DNA of 64,000 nt, taken from the NCBI GenBank assembly GCA_030156255.1, contig JASGMV010000001.1:46935-110934 (forward strand). The letters run 5' to 3'. The stretch comes from Desulfovibrionales bacterium (lineage in GTDB: Bacteria; Desulfobacterota; Desulfovibrionia; Desulfovibrionales; Desulfovibrionaceae). This document shows, piece after piece, positions 19,284 through 28,000 of the stretch. The position numbers and the translations under genes are program-made. The stretch's first letter is position 1. Each line of letters starts with the position of its first letter. Under the pieces are notes generated by a model. It was not told the origin of the DNA. It did not search any database and saw only the letters and a list, made by a program, of their open reading frames with translations.

Positions 19284-19701
19284 ATTTCTTTTCAAAACTT
19301 TATCCACACCTAGCAATGGCCGTCGCATTTCAAAGGCCGCCATCCATCTCTTGTCGGACTACGTCTCCGACCAGGAGCTTCTCCACGACCTGGACTTGGC
19401 CCTGACCGAAGCCTGCGCCAACGTGGTGCGGCATGCGTATCCTGAAAAACAAGGAGAACTGGAAGTTGTCCTCGGCATCGAACCTGGAAGCCATGTCGAA
19501 TTGCGCATAGCCGACTGGGGCCCCGGACTCGATCCCGACGAGGTCTGTTACGACGCGCCGGAGCCCACCGCGGAAGGCGGGCGAGGCTTCTTCCTGATGA
19601 AAAACCTGTCGGACGAATTGCGGATCGAGGCCGTGAACGGGAAAAACACCATCTTCATCCGTAAGTACATAAGGAAGGAGCAATGGAAGGGATCGAAATA
19701 A
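19276..19701 (+). CDS. Anti-sigma-factor-type serine kinase (RsbW/SpoIIAB-like HATPase)
   Basis: 'LALTEACANVVRHAY' N-box-like motif and 'GGRGFFLMKNLSDEL' G-box. GTG 19276 overlaps the upstream stop. Confidence 0.8.
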   Translation: MSEFLFKTLSTPSNGRRISKAAIHLLSDYVSDQELLHDLDLALTEACANVVRHAYPEKQGELEVVLGIEPGSHVELRIADWGPGLDPDEVCYDAPEPTAEGGRGFFLMKNLSDELRIEAVNGKNTIFIRKYIRKEQWKGSK

Positions 19702-20027
19702 AAATCGAGTCGAATTGCCTGCTGGTTATCTGCCGTGGTGAAATCACGATCGAAGTCACCGGGGAAATGCGGCAAACCGTCGAGGACAACCTCCACTCGC
19801 AAACCTTCGAAGCGCTGGTCCTGGACCTCTCGGGCGTGCGCTTCATGGACTCGTCGGGCATCGGCTCCCTGGTGGCGTTGAACAGCAAGATCAAAAGTTC
19901 CGGAAAGGATTTCTACATCCTGTCCCCCAGCGACCAGGTCCGCAAGACGCTTGAACTCGTCCAGCTACTCTCATTCTTCCACATCGTAGACACCAAAGAG
20001 GAACTCGAACTGCTTCTGCCTGAATAG
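19683..20027 (+). CDS. STAS-domain anti-sigma-factor antagonist (RsbV/SpoIIAA-like)
   Basis: 'LVLDLSGVRFMDSSGIGSLVAL' with the phosphorylatable Ser context. Overlaps the kinase gene by 19 nt. Confidence 0.85.
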   Translation: MEGIEIKIESNCLLVICRGEITIEVTGEMRQTVEDNLHSQTFEALVLDLSGVRFMDSSGIGSLVALNSKIKSSGKDFYILSPSDQVRKTLELVQLLSFFHIVDTKEELELLLPE

Positions 20028-20048
20028 CCGAGCAGCGACGTTGCAGTT

Positions 20049-21170
20049 ATGCCTTATTATCTGAAATGCCATTTCGATCCCCGTTTCGATCCGGCGCGCC
20101 TGCGGCCGAAAGAGCTCGAAGACGGATCGGTGGACCACTACGACCTCGGATACGTGCAAAACGTGGTCATGGGAGAGGTCATCGCCGAGTTGACGGAGTT
20201 GTCCGATCCGGACAGCGATCCCGGCCTGGACCGCAAGTTCGTGTTCGAGAAGAAGGTTTTTCCCGCCGGCCCCAACACCGTGGTGAATCCGGAAAACGAC
20301 AGCCAGCTGCTCGCCGGGGCCAACGGACTGGTGTTCATGGACGCCGCCGGTGAGATCGTCGTGAACCAAAGGATTACGCTGAATTCCGATGTGGACTTTC
20401 ACACGGGCAACATCTTTTTTGTCGGCGATCTGGTGGTGCGGGGCTCCTTGCGCTCCGGCTTCCAGGTGCGGGCCAAAAATTTGCTCGTGCGCGATCTCAT
20501 CGAAGGCGCCGAAGTCCAGTCCATGCAGCTCTTGTCCTGCCCCGGCGGCGTCAAGGGCGGTTCGGTCGCGTCGCTGAAGGCCGGCAAGAGCATGAAACTC
20601 GGATTCGCCGAAAACGCCATGCTCAACGCCGCCGAGAACATTCTCATTGAAAAGAACGCATTCCACTGCAAGGTGTACGCCGGGCAAAAGTTGGCGGTGA
20701 AAGGCCGTTTGATCGGCGGTCTGTACTATGGTTACCAGTTGGTATATGTGGGAGAACAGCTTGGCGGCGGCATGAGCGCCGCGACGCAGATCATCGTCGG
20801 CTTCGATCCGCAGCTGCTTTTCGAAGACCAGCGAATGAATGAACAGCTGGAGGGGGTCCAGCAGCGCATCCTGCAATACCAACGGCAACTGGAGCGAACT
20901 CCCGACGCCGAGGAGGACCTCGGCCCCAAACTGGCGAAAGCCGAAAAAAAGATGACCGCCTTGACGGAGCGCAAAGCGGCCATTTGGGGAAAGATCAGCG
21001 CCACGGAGCGGTTGAAAAACGCCCTTGTGGTCTGTCCGGGGGAAGTGATGCCCGGAGTCGAGATCAGCATTGGGACCTCCTATCTCCATATCAACGACTA
21101 TTTGAAAAACGTGCGCTTCCGCCTCAAAGACGGTGAAATCGTCACGGAGTCGCCAGCCCTGAGGAAGTAA
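20049..21170 (+). CDS. FapA-like (DUF342) flagellar-assembly-type protein
   Basis: Beta-helix-type repeats ('HTGNIFFVGDLVVRGSLRSGFQVRAKNLLV', 'LKAGKSMKLGFAENAMLNA') and a C-terminal coiled coil. Located directly upstream of motAB. Confidence 0.75.
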   Translation: MPYYLKCHFDPRFDPARLRPKELEDGSVDHYDLGYVQNVVMGEVIAELTELSDPDSDPGLDRKFVFEKKVFPAGPNTVVNPENDSQLLAGANGLVFMDAAGEIVVNQRITLNSDVDFHTGNIFFVGDLVVRGSLRSGFQVRAKNLLVRDLIEGAEVQSMQLLSCPGGVKGGSVASLKAGKSMKLGFAENAMLNAAENILIEKNAFHCKVYAGQKLAVKGRLIGGLYYGYQLVYVGEQLGGGMSAATQIIVGFDPQLLFEDQRMNEQLEGVQQRILQYQRQLERTPDAEEDLGPKLAKAEKKMTALTERKAAIWGKISATERLKNALVVCPGEVMPGVEISIGTSYLHINDYLKNVRFRLKDGEIVTESPALRK

Positions 21171-21176
21171 CGTTTT

Positions 21177-21932
21177 ATGGATATCGCAACACTCATCGGC
21201 CTTCTGGGAGGACTCGGCCTCATCGCCGCAACGGTTGTTTTGGGCGGCAACGTCGGAGGCTTTATCGACATTCCCTCCATGCTGGTGGTCATCGGCGGCT
21301 CCGTAGCCTCCGTCTTCATCATGTTCCCCATGAACGTGGCCATCGGCTCTTTCAAGGTAGGGATGAAGACCTTTTTCTCCAAGGGCTACAACGCCCAGGA
21401 AATGATCAACCAAGTCATCCGGCTGGCCGAGACCGCCAGGAAGGAAAGCCTGGTGGCTCTTGAAAAGGTCCAGGTGGACGATCCGTTCCTCAAAAAGGGA
21501 ATCACCATGGTCGCCGACGGATCCGAAGAAAAGCTCGTGCGCCAGGTGCTGGAAATCGAAATCAATTTCATGAAGGAGCGCCACCGCCAGGGGCAAGGCG
21601 TGTTCAAGGGCATGGGGACCATGGCGCCGGCCTTCGGCATGATCGGGACGCTCATCGGACTCGTGCAGATGCTCCAAAACCTGGACGATCCGTCCTCCAT
21701 CGGCCCGGCCATGGCCGTGGCCCTGTTGACCACGTTCTACGGCGCCGTGCTCGCCAACGTCATCTTCCTTCCCCTGGCCCGCAAGCTCGAAGTCCGATCG
21801 GACGAAGACGCCCTGTTCATGGAGATCATGACCGAAGGCGTCATCTCCATCCAGCGAGGCGAGCACCCGTCCATCGTCAAGGAGAAACTGCAGGCCTTCC
21901 TCGCGCCCAAGGTGCGTGAACAGTCGAGTTGA
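21177..21932 (+). CDS. motA: Flagellar stator protein MotA
   Basis: Four-TM MotA/TolQ/ExbB channel: 'MAPAFGMIGTLIGLVQML', 'LLTTFYGAVLANVIFLPLA'. Confidence 0.9.
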   Translation: MDIATLIGLLGGLGLIAATVVLGGNVGGFIDIPSMLVVIGGSVASVFIMFPMNVAIGSFKVGMKTFFSKGYNAQEMINQVIRLAETARKESLVALEKVQVDDPFLKKGITMVADGSEEKLVRQVLEIEINFMKERHRQGQGVFKGMGTMAPAFGMIGTLIGLVQMLQNLDDPSSIGPAMAVALLTTFYGAVLANVIFLPLARKLEVRSDEDALFMEIMTEGVISIQRGEHPSIVKEKLQAFLAPKVREQSS

Positions 21933-21942
21933 GGAAAGCCCC

Positions 21943-22683
21943 ATGTCCGAGGAAGGCTCCAAGAAAACGCCCCCGCCTCAAGATGAGGAAGGTCTTCCGG
22001 CGTGGATGGCCACGTTCGCGGACATGGTCACCTTGCTGTTGTGTTTCTTCGTGCTGCTGCTCTCTTTCGCTCAAACCAACGTCCAGAAATTCAAGGAAGC
22101 TCTCGGCTCGGTCCAGGACTCTTTCGGTGTGAGGTTCGAACGCCGCGAAGCCGATTTCGTGGCTTTGATCCCCAGCAGAATGAAAGAACGCTCGGACATC
22201 AAAATGTCCAAAGACAGCCAGATCCTTCTGGGGCTGGTGCTCCGACTCAAGGACATCGTCGAGGACGACAAGAACCTGGAAAAATCCACGGGCGTCCGCG
22301 CCGACAAGAACGGAGTTCTGCTTTTCACGGACTCGGCCGCCATGTTCTCGGGAGGCTCCACCAAGCTCTCGCCCGAAGCCAGGACGATGCTCGACCGGGT
22401 GGCCAAGCTTCTGAAGGAGCTCAACCTCGACGTCGTCATCCGCGGGCACACCGACGACTCCGAGTACCGCCAAACCAATTTTCCCTCCAATTGGGAGCTT
22501 TCATCCGCCCGCGCCGCCGCGGCCTTGGAGTATTTGTTGAGCAAGGGCATCCCGGCCACGAGACTCAAAGCCGTCGGCTTCGCCGACACCCGGCCCATGT
22601 TCTCCAACGACAGCCCCGCCAACCGGCAACGGAACCGCCGCATCGAACTCTACTTCCACCGGCCGGAGGACGACAGCTGGTAA
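21943..22683 (+). CDS. motB: Flagellar stator protein MotB (OmpA-like peptidoglycan binding)
   Basis: 'WMATFADMVTLLLCFFVLLL' TM with the conserved Asp. OmpA-like 'RGHTDD', 'NWELSSARAAA', 'NRRIEL'. ATG 21943 lies within track ORF 21916. Confidence 0.9.
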   Translation: MSEEGSKKTPPPQDEEGLPAWMATFADMVTLLLCFFVLLLSFAQTNVQKFKEALGSVQDSFGVRFERREADFVALIPSRMKERSDIKMSKDSQILLGLVLRLKDIVEDDKNLEKSTGVRADKNGVLLFTDSAAMFSGGSTKLSPEARTMLDRVAKLLKELNLDVVIRGHTDDSEYRQTNFPSNWELSSARAAAALEYLLSKGIPATRLKAVGFADTRPMFSNDSPANRQRNRRIELYFHRPEDDSW

Positions 22684-22702
22684 CCGGGCCCCGAACCATC
22701 CC

Positions 22703-24412
22703 ATGAAACAACCCGCTGCGCTTCACTATCTCGCCGAAGCCGTTCTGGATGAAAACCGGCTCGTGGACGTCCGGCTGCATTTCCAGGACAAGACGTGGAG
22801 CATGTGGGGACGCGCGGGTTTGAACCGGGAGCTGGCCCTGGCCGAATCCCGCCCGCCGCAAACGCTGCCCGTCCTTATCGGCTCCGGCGTCGGCGCGGCG
22901 CTGGCGCGGCTTCTGGAATCGGGACCCGTGGCGGTGATCGATAGGGAAATCCCGCTGCTGGAAGCCACCCAGGTCCGAGAAGCCTTCGGCGACCACCCGC
23001 TGGTCTTCTGGCTGGACGCCCCCGACCCGGAGGAAACGCTGCAACGGCTGGCGTCCTGGCGGGCCATGCAAGGCGGCCGCCCTCTGGCGCCTCTGCCCAT
23101 CCCCATCTATCTGCGCCTGCGGCCCGACTACTACGCGCTGCTGATGCGCAGAATGCAATCTCCGCAATTATGCTCCAAAGCATGCGACCCGGGGCAGGCG
23201 GACGCCGCCCAGGCCCCTGGAGCCCCGAAAATCAGGCTCCCCCGCCCCTTGCTGATCACCAGCCAATATTTTCTGATGGGAGAAGTGATCGCCGCCCTGC
23301 AGCGGATGGGCGTCGAACACCGAATGCTGGACGTCGGCGCCAGGGAGATGGAGCGACAGGACTTCGTGCAGATGGTGCTCGCCGCCGTTCGGGAGTTCGA
23401 GCCCGACTTCGCGCTCACCGTGAACCACCTCGGCGTGGATCACGAAGGCGTGCTCATGGATATTCTGGACACCCTCCGGCTCCCTCTGGCCTCCTGGTTC
23501 GTGGACGATCCCCGGCTCATCCTGGGTGTGCACAGAAACGTGGTGCATCCTCTGGTCACCCTGTTCACCTGGGACGCGGACACGGTCGAGCCTCTGCGGG
23601 CCTCGGGTTTCCGCCAGGTCCACTATCTGCCGCTCGGCGCCGACCCGACGCGGTTCCACCCGAACCGGGCGAACACGGGACGTCCCGAGTGGAAATCGGA
23701 CGTTTCCTTTGTCGGAAACTCCATGGTCGAAAAAACCGCCCGGAGATTGGAGGCGGCCGCGCCGCCCCCGTTGCTGGCCCGGTCGTTTCCCCTGCTCGCC
23801 CGGGAGTACGGCGCCTCCGATTTCTCCTCGGTGGAGGCTTTCCTGGCCCATCGCCTGCCGCAGTTGCTGCCCGATTATCGGTCCCTGCCCACGCCCGGCC
23901 GGCGACTGGCCTTCGACACGGCCGTCATCTGGGAGGCGACCCGGCGTTACCGGTTGGACTGCGTGCGCCGGTTGGCGCCCTTTTCCCCCTTGGTGGCCGG
24001 AGACCCCGGGTGGAGAAATTTGCTGGAGGGAGCGCGGCAATTCAGATTCCACCCCGAAATCAGCTACTATTCCGACTTGCCTGGATTCTACCAACGCTCC
24101 AAAATCAATTTCAATTGCACCAGTCGCCAGATGAAAGGGGCGGTGAACCAACGGGTGTTCGATGCGCCGGCGGGAGGGTGCTTCGTGCTCACGGACGCCC
24201 AGGCGCAACTCGAAGACCTGTTCGAACCCGGCAAGGAAGTCGCCGTGTACCAGCGGCCGGAGGACGTGGAGGACGCAGTCCGCCGCTACCTGGACGATCC
24301 GGAGGAAAGGCGGCGCATCAGCAAGGCTGGTCGGCGGCGGGTTTTGGCTGACCACACCTATGAACGGCGCATGGCGAAAATGTTGTCCATCATGGCGCAA
24401 ACCTTGGCGTAA
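22703..24412 (+). CDS. CgeB-like glycosyltransferase-family protein (long form)
   Basis: Paralogue of 1126..2316 over the last ~380 aa ('LTVNHLGVDHEGVL', 'ASWFVDDP', 'VNQRVFDAPAGGCFVL', 'VLADHTYERR'), with an extra ~180-aa N-terminal region. Confidence 0.75.
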   Translation: MKQPAALHYLAEAVLDENRLVDVRLHFQDKTWSMWGRAGLNRELALAESRPPQTLPVLIGSGVGAALARLLESGPVAVIDREIPLLEATQVREAFGDHPLVFWLDAPDPEETLQRLASWRAMQGGRPLAPLPIPIYLRLRPDYYALLMRRMQSPQLCSKACDPGQADAAQAPGAPKIRLPRPLLITSQYFLMGEVIAALQRMGVEHRMLDVGAREMERQDFVQMVLAAVREFEPDFALTVNHLGVDHEGVLMDILDTLRLPLASWFVDDPRLILGVHRNVVHPLVTLFTWDADTVEPLRASGFRQVHYLPLGADPTRFHPNRANTGRPEWKSDVSFVGNSMVEKTARRLEAAAPPPLLARSFPLLAREYGASDFSSVEAFLAHRLPQLLPDYRSLPTPGRRLAFDTAVIWEATRRYRLDCVRRLAPFSPLVAGDPGWRNLLEGARQFRFHPEISYYSDLPGFYQRSKINFNCTSRQMKGAVNQRVFDAPAGGCFVLTDAQAQLEDLFEPGKEVAVYQRPEDVEDAVRRYLDDPEERRRISKAGRRRVLADHTYERRMAKMLSIMAQTLA

Positions 24413-24598
24413 TAAATCGATACTTGTTTTTTCCCGCCACCCGTTGACGTGGCCGCGTGTTTCCAATAAACGAAAAAAAGCAACCAGAGGCGTATGTTAC
24501 CATTGTAACCGGCCTAAAGACGACACGGGCGAGATCGAAACGGGTCCACCGCAGGACGCCGGGCGGTTCCGGTTCGCTCAAGCCTATGGGAAGAAGTA

Positions 24599-26041
24599 AT
24601 GAAAATTTCCTGCATGATCTCAAACGCTGAAGACGTACCGGCCATGTTCAAGCCGTTTGCGCTCAAGATGGAGGAGCAGGGAATGCCCCCCATCGTCATC
24701 AACGTTTTCAAGTGTTATTTCGCAAAACTCCTTTACGGCGACCAAGGAAAGCTCACGGAGCGCGAGATCGAGCCCGTCCCGCCCGAGGCCATCAGCCATT
24801 ACGACGAGTTGGAAAACTACATCGACGACGGCCTTGCGGCGCTTCACAAAGTGGCCGTGATCAAGCTCAACGGGGGGCTCGGCACCAGCATGGGGCTGGA
24901 AAAGGCCAAATCGCTCATCAAGGTCAAGGACGGCCTGACTTTTCTGGACATCATTCTCAGCCAGATCAACCAGCTGCGCGAAAAATACAAGGTCATGACC
25001 CCGCTGGTGTTCATGAACAGCTTCAAGACGCACCTCGACACCATGATGCGCATCGAGGGCTTCGACAACGGAGACACCGGCATCCCCCTCGCCTTTCTGC
25101 AGCATCGCTATCCGAAGGTGCTGGTGGACAACTATATGCCCGTGACCTGGCCCAGCAATCCCGAGCTTGAATGGAATCCTCCGGGACACGGCGACATCTA
25201 CACGGCCCTGGTCACGTCCGGGTTGCTTCGTAAATTGCGTGAGCGCGGCTTTACCTATATTTTCATCTCCAACTCCGACAACCTCGGAGCCATCCTGGAC
25301 CCGCGCATTCTGGGATTCATGGCCCAGGAAAAGCTGCCCTTCGTCATGGAGGTGGCCGTGCGGAACCAGCAGGATCGCAAGGGCGGGCATCTGGCGAAAC
25401 TCGCCAAAAACGAACGTTTCGTGCTGCGGGAAACCGCGCAATGCCCGGAAAACGATAAAGAGGCGTTCCAGGACACCAGCAAGCACCGTTACTTCAACAC
25501 CAACTCCCTGTGGCTCGATTTGCGCGCCTTTGAAAAGGTTTTCGTGGACCACGCCATGATGCCTTTGGACCTCATCCTCAACCCCAAACACGTGGACCCT
25601 CGCAATCCCGAGTCGCCCCGGTGCATCCAGTTGGAGACGGCCATGGGGTCGGCCATTTCCGCGTTCGAGGACGCCGCGGCCCTGGAAGTTCCCCGCAGCC
25701 GCTTCGCCCCGGTCAAAACCACCGCCGACCTGATGGTGGTGGCGTCCGACTGCTACGTGCGCACCGAGGACCAAGCCGTCCAGATCGCTCCCGACAGGCG
25801 GCTTCCTTTGCCGGAAATCCATTTGGATGACAAATTCTACCAAAAGATCGACGACTACGAAGCGCGATTCCCGGATGGCGCGCCGTCCCTGCTTCACGCA
25901 ACCAGCTTCACGATCGAGGGGGATGTCCGGTTCGAAAAGGATGTGGAAGTCCACAGCAAGGCCCGGGTGGCGAATCGCAAGAAACGGCAAGCTGTCGTGG
26001 CGCAGGGAACCCGGCTCGAAGGCGAAACCGTTTTCGACTAG
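24599..26041 (+). CDS. UTP--glucose-1-phosphate uridylyltransferase, eukaryote-type UDPGP family
   Basis: 'KLNGGLGTSMG', 'LVFMNSFKTH', 'WNPPGHGDIY', 'FISNSDNLGA', 'YFNTNSLW', 'PRSRFAPVKTTADL' parallel human UGP2 as recalled. Not GalU-like. Confidence 0.9.
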   Translation: MKISCMISNAEDVPAMFKPFALKMEEQGMPPIVINVFKCYFAKLLYGDQGKLTEREIEPVPPEAISHYDELENYIDDGLAALHKVAVIKLNGGLGTSMGLEKAKSLIKVKDGLTFLDIILSQINQLREKYKVMTPLVFMNSFKTHLDTMMRIEGFDNGDTGIPLAFLQHRYPKVLVDNYMPVTWPSNPELEWNPPGHGDIYTALVTSGLLRKLRERGFTYIFISNSDNLGAILDPRILGFMAQEKLPFVMEVAVRNQQDRKGGHLAKLAKNERFVLRETAQCPENDKEAFQDTSKHRYFNTNSLWLDLRAFEKVFVDHAMMPLDLILNPKHVDPRNPESPRCIQLETAMGSAISAFEDAAALEVPRSRFAPVKTTADLMVVASDCYVRTEDQAVQIAPDRRLPLPEIHLDDKFYQKIDDYEARFPDGAPSLLHATSFTIEGDVRFEKDVEVHSKARVANRKKRQAVVAQGTRLEGETVFD

Positions 26042-26047
26042 AGCCGA

Positions 26048-27448
26048 ATGGCCGACAACCATCTCCCCGTCCTTGTCCTCCAGATGCAGCGTCTGGGGGA
26101 CCTTGTCCTTTGTTTTCCCCTCCTGAAATGGCTGTCGCGCAGATACGGCGAGCATCCCCTATGGGTCGTCGCGGAAGGACGGTTCTTCTCGCACCTGACG
26201 CCTCTCTCCCCGCACGCGGCCTACATCCCGGCCGACCAGGCGCACGGCCTTGTCGGCAAGTCCTTCGCCGCCGTGCTCAACCTCTCCATACGCCCCGAGG
26301 CGGCCCAACTCGCCGGCCGGCTCACGGCCGAGGAGAAGTGGGGACCGGCGCTGGATGCGCACGGCGTTTTGCGCATCCACGGCGACTGGCAGCTCTACAG
26401 AGCGAGCCTGGTGAACAACAATCGCTACAACCGCTACCACTGGGCCGAACTGAATGGACTGGATTGCATCGCCCCTGCGGCCATGGGGGACTTCGGCAAA
26501 ACGCCCAGAGCCGCGCCGAGCCCCCGGGTCGGGGTCTTCCTGGGCGCCAGCGAGCCGGCCAAGAAGCCGTCCATGGATTTCTATCGGGCGCTTACGGCCG
26601 AACTTACGGAGCGCGGCCTGCGGCCGGTGCTCTTCGCCGGCCCGGAGGAGCGTTGCCTTGGCCGGGAGGTGTTGCAAGGACAGCCCCACGTCGCCATGGA
26701 CTTGTGCGGGAGGCTTTCCGTGGCCGAATTGGCGGCCATGGTCCAAACGCTCTCGTTGTTCATCACGCCGGACACCGGCCCCATGCACCTGGCGGCCTGG
26801 GCCGGCGCCCGCACCCTCAACCTGTCCTTGGGCAACGTCAACCCGCTGGAGACGGGGCCGTTTCAGCCCGGGCACTACGTTCTTCAGCCCCGGTTGAGCT
26901 GCGCCGGCTGCTGGGGATGCGCGCGCAGCCCCTTGCCCTGTCGCGAATCCTTGAGCCCTGCGCGGACCGCGGCCCTGGCCAAACGCCTCGCCCGACCTCA
27001 TCCGGGCCGCATCGAAGGTCTGAGGCCGCCGGGCGTGAAGCTTCTCGTCTCGGATAGGGACGAATTCGGGCTCTATACGCTGAAAAGCGTCTCCGGCGAT
27101 CCGCCCGCCACCCGCGATCTGCTCCGGGAATTCTGGTCCAAGACGTTCGGCGCCCGTTTCGGCCTCTGGAGCGATGACGTCCCGCTTTCGGCGTGGCGCA
27201 AAATCGAAGAGCGAGAAAAAGTCGCCGCGGCATTTCGAAAAAATCTGGAGAACACAGCCGCCGCCCTGCTGCGGCGCAGGGCCTCAGGGCGCCCGCTGGA
27301 GGACGGTTTTTGGCGATCCCCGGCGCCGCTGCTGCGGCCCCTCACCGGATACGGCCAGATGCTCCTGCAAAACGAAGATTTCGGCCCCGCGGCCTGGGCC
27401 AAGCTCCTGGACCTGCTGGACCGCGTGCGGGAAATTTCAGCGCCTTGA
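26048..27448 (+). CDS. Family-9 glycosyltransferase (heptosyltransferase-like) with C-terminal extension
   Basis: 'VLVLQMQRLGDLVL' and 'ITPDTGPMHLAAWAG' GT9 motifs. Confidence 0.8.
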   Translation: MADNHLPVLVLQMQRLGDLVLCFPLLKWLSRRYGEHPLWVVAEGRFFSHLTPLSPHAAYIPADQAHGLVGKSFAAVLNLSIRPEAAQLAGRLTAEEKWGPALDAHGVLRIHGDWQLYRASLVNNNRYNRYHWAELNGLDCIAPAAMGDFGKTPRAAPSPRVGVFLGASEPAKKPSMDFYRALTAELTERGLRPVLFAGPEERCLGREVLQGQPHVAMDLCGRLSVAELAAMVQTLSLFITPDTGPMHLAAWAGARTLNLSLGNVNPLETGPFQPGHYVLQPRLSCAGCWGCARSPLPCRESLSPARTAALAKRLARPHPGRIEGLRPPGVKLLVSDRDEFGLYTLKSVSGDPPATRDLLREFWSKTFGARFGLWSDDVPLSAWRKIEEREKVAAAFRKNLENTAAALLRRRASGRPLEDGFWRSPAPLLRPLTGYGQMLLQNEDFGPAAWAKLLDLLDRVREISAP

Positions 27449-27470
27449 CGAGCGGACGAAACGGCCCGCC

Positions 27471-27836
27471 TCAGTGCATCGCCTGCAAGAAAGCCGCGAT
27501 ATCCGCTTTGTCCCTCGGACGCAACCGCTCGAAAAAATGGGATTGGCCGGAGCAAGAGACCATCTTATGGTCTATCATCTCCATTATCTGCGAGACAGAA
27601 TACTCTTCATTCTTCAATAATTGCGTCAAATCCATCGGAGCGCACCCCAGCATTTGGCCCAAAGAGCCCTCTCCATGGCCGGTGTGTCCGTGGCAACGGG
27701 AGCAATGCGTTCGATATAGAAACGAACCGCGAATAAGATCGGGAGGCCGCTCCTGGGCGAAACCGTCCAAAACAAAACACACCGGCAACAAAGCCAGGCA
27801 CGCCGTCAACAACAGCTGCAGCATCATTTTATGCAT
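27471..27836 (-). CDS. Small secreted c-type cytochrome
   Basis: Signal peptide 'MHKMMLQLLLTACLALLPVCF', then heme site 'CSRCH'. ATG 27836 lies within track ORF 27471..27989. Confidence 0.75.
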   Translation of the reverse strand: MHKMMLQLLLTACLALLPVCFVLDGFAQERPPDLIRGSFLYRTHCSRCHGHTGHGEGSLGQMLGCAPMDLTQLLKNEEYSVSQIMEMIDHKMVSCSGQSHFFERLRPRDKADIAAFLQAMH

Positions 27837-28000
27837 AGCATCACCATTGGCGCATACGTTCGCGCCGCCGGACGCTTCCGGCATCGCTCCATGGATATCA
27901 TAAATGGACCATCCCCAGCCATTTAAGCTAACACTCTCCCAATATACCAATTGAAAACTCCGGTCCACCCCCAGCCTTGCCGCGGCCAACGAGTTGCGCT

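Noticed and set aside
19971-21962. 663-aa ORF on the - strand
   Set aside because: Antisense to fapA-like and motA, which both have clear family motifs.
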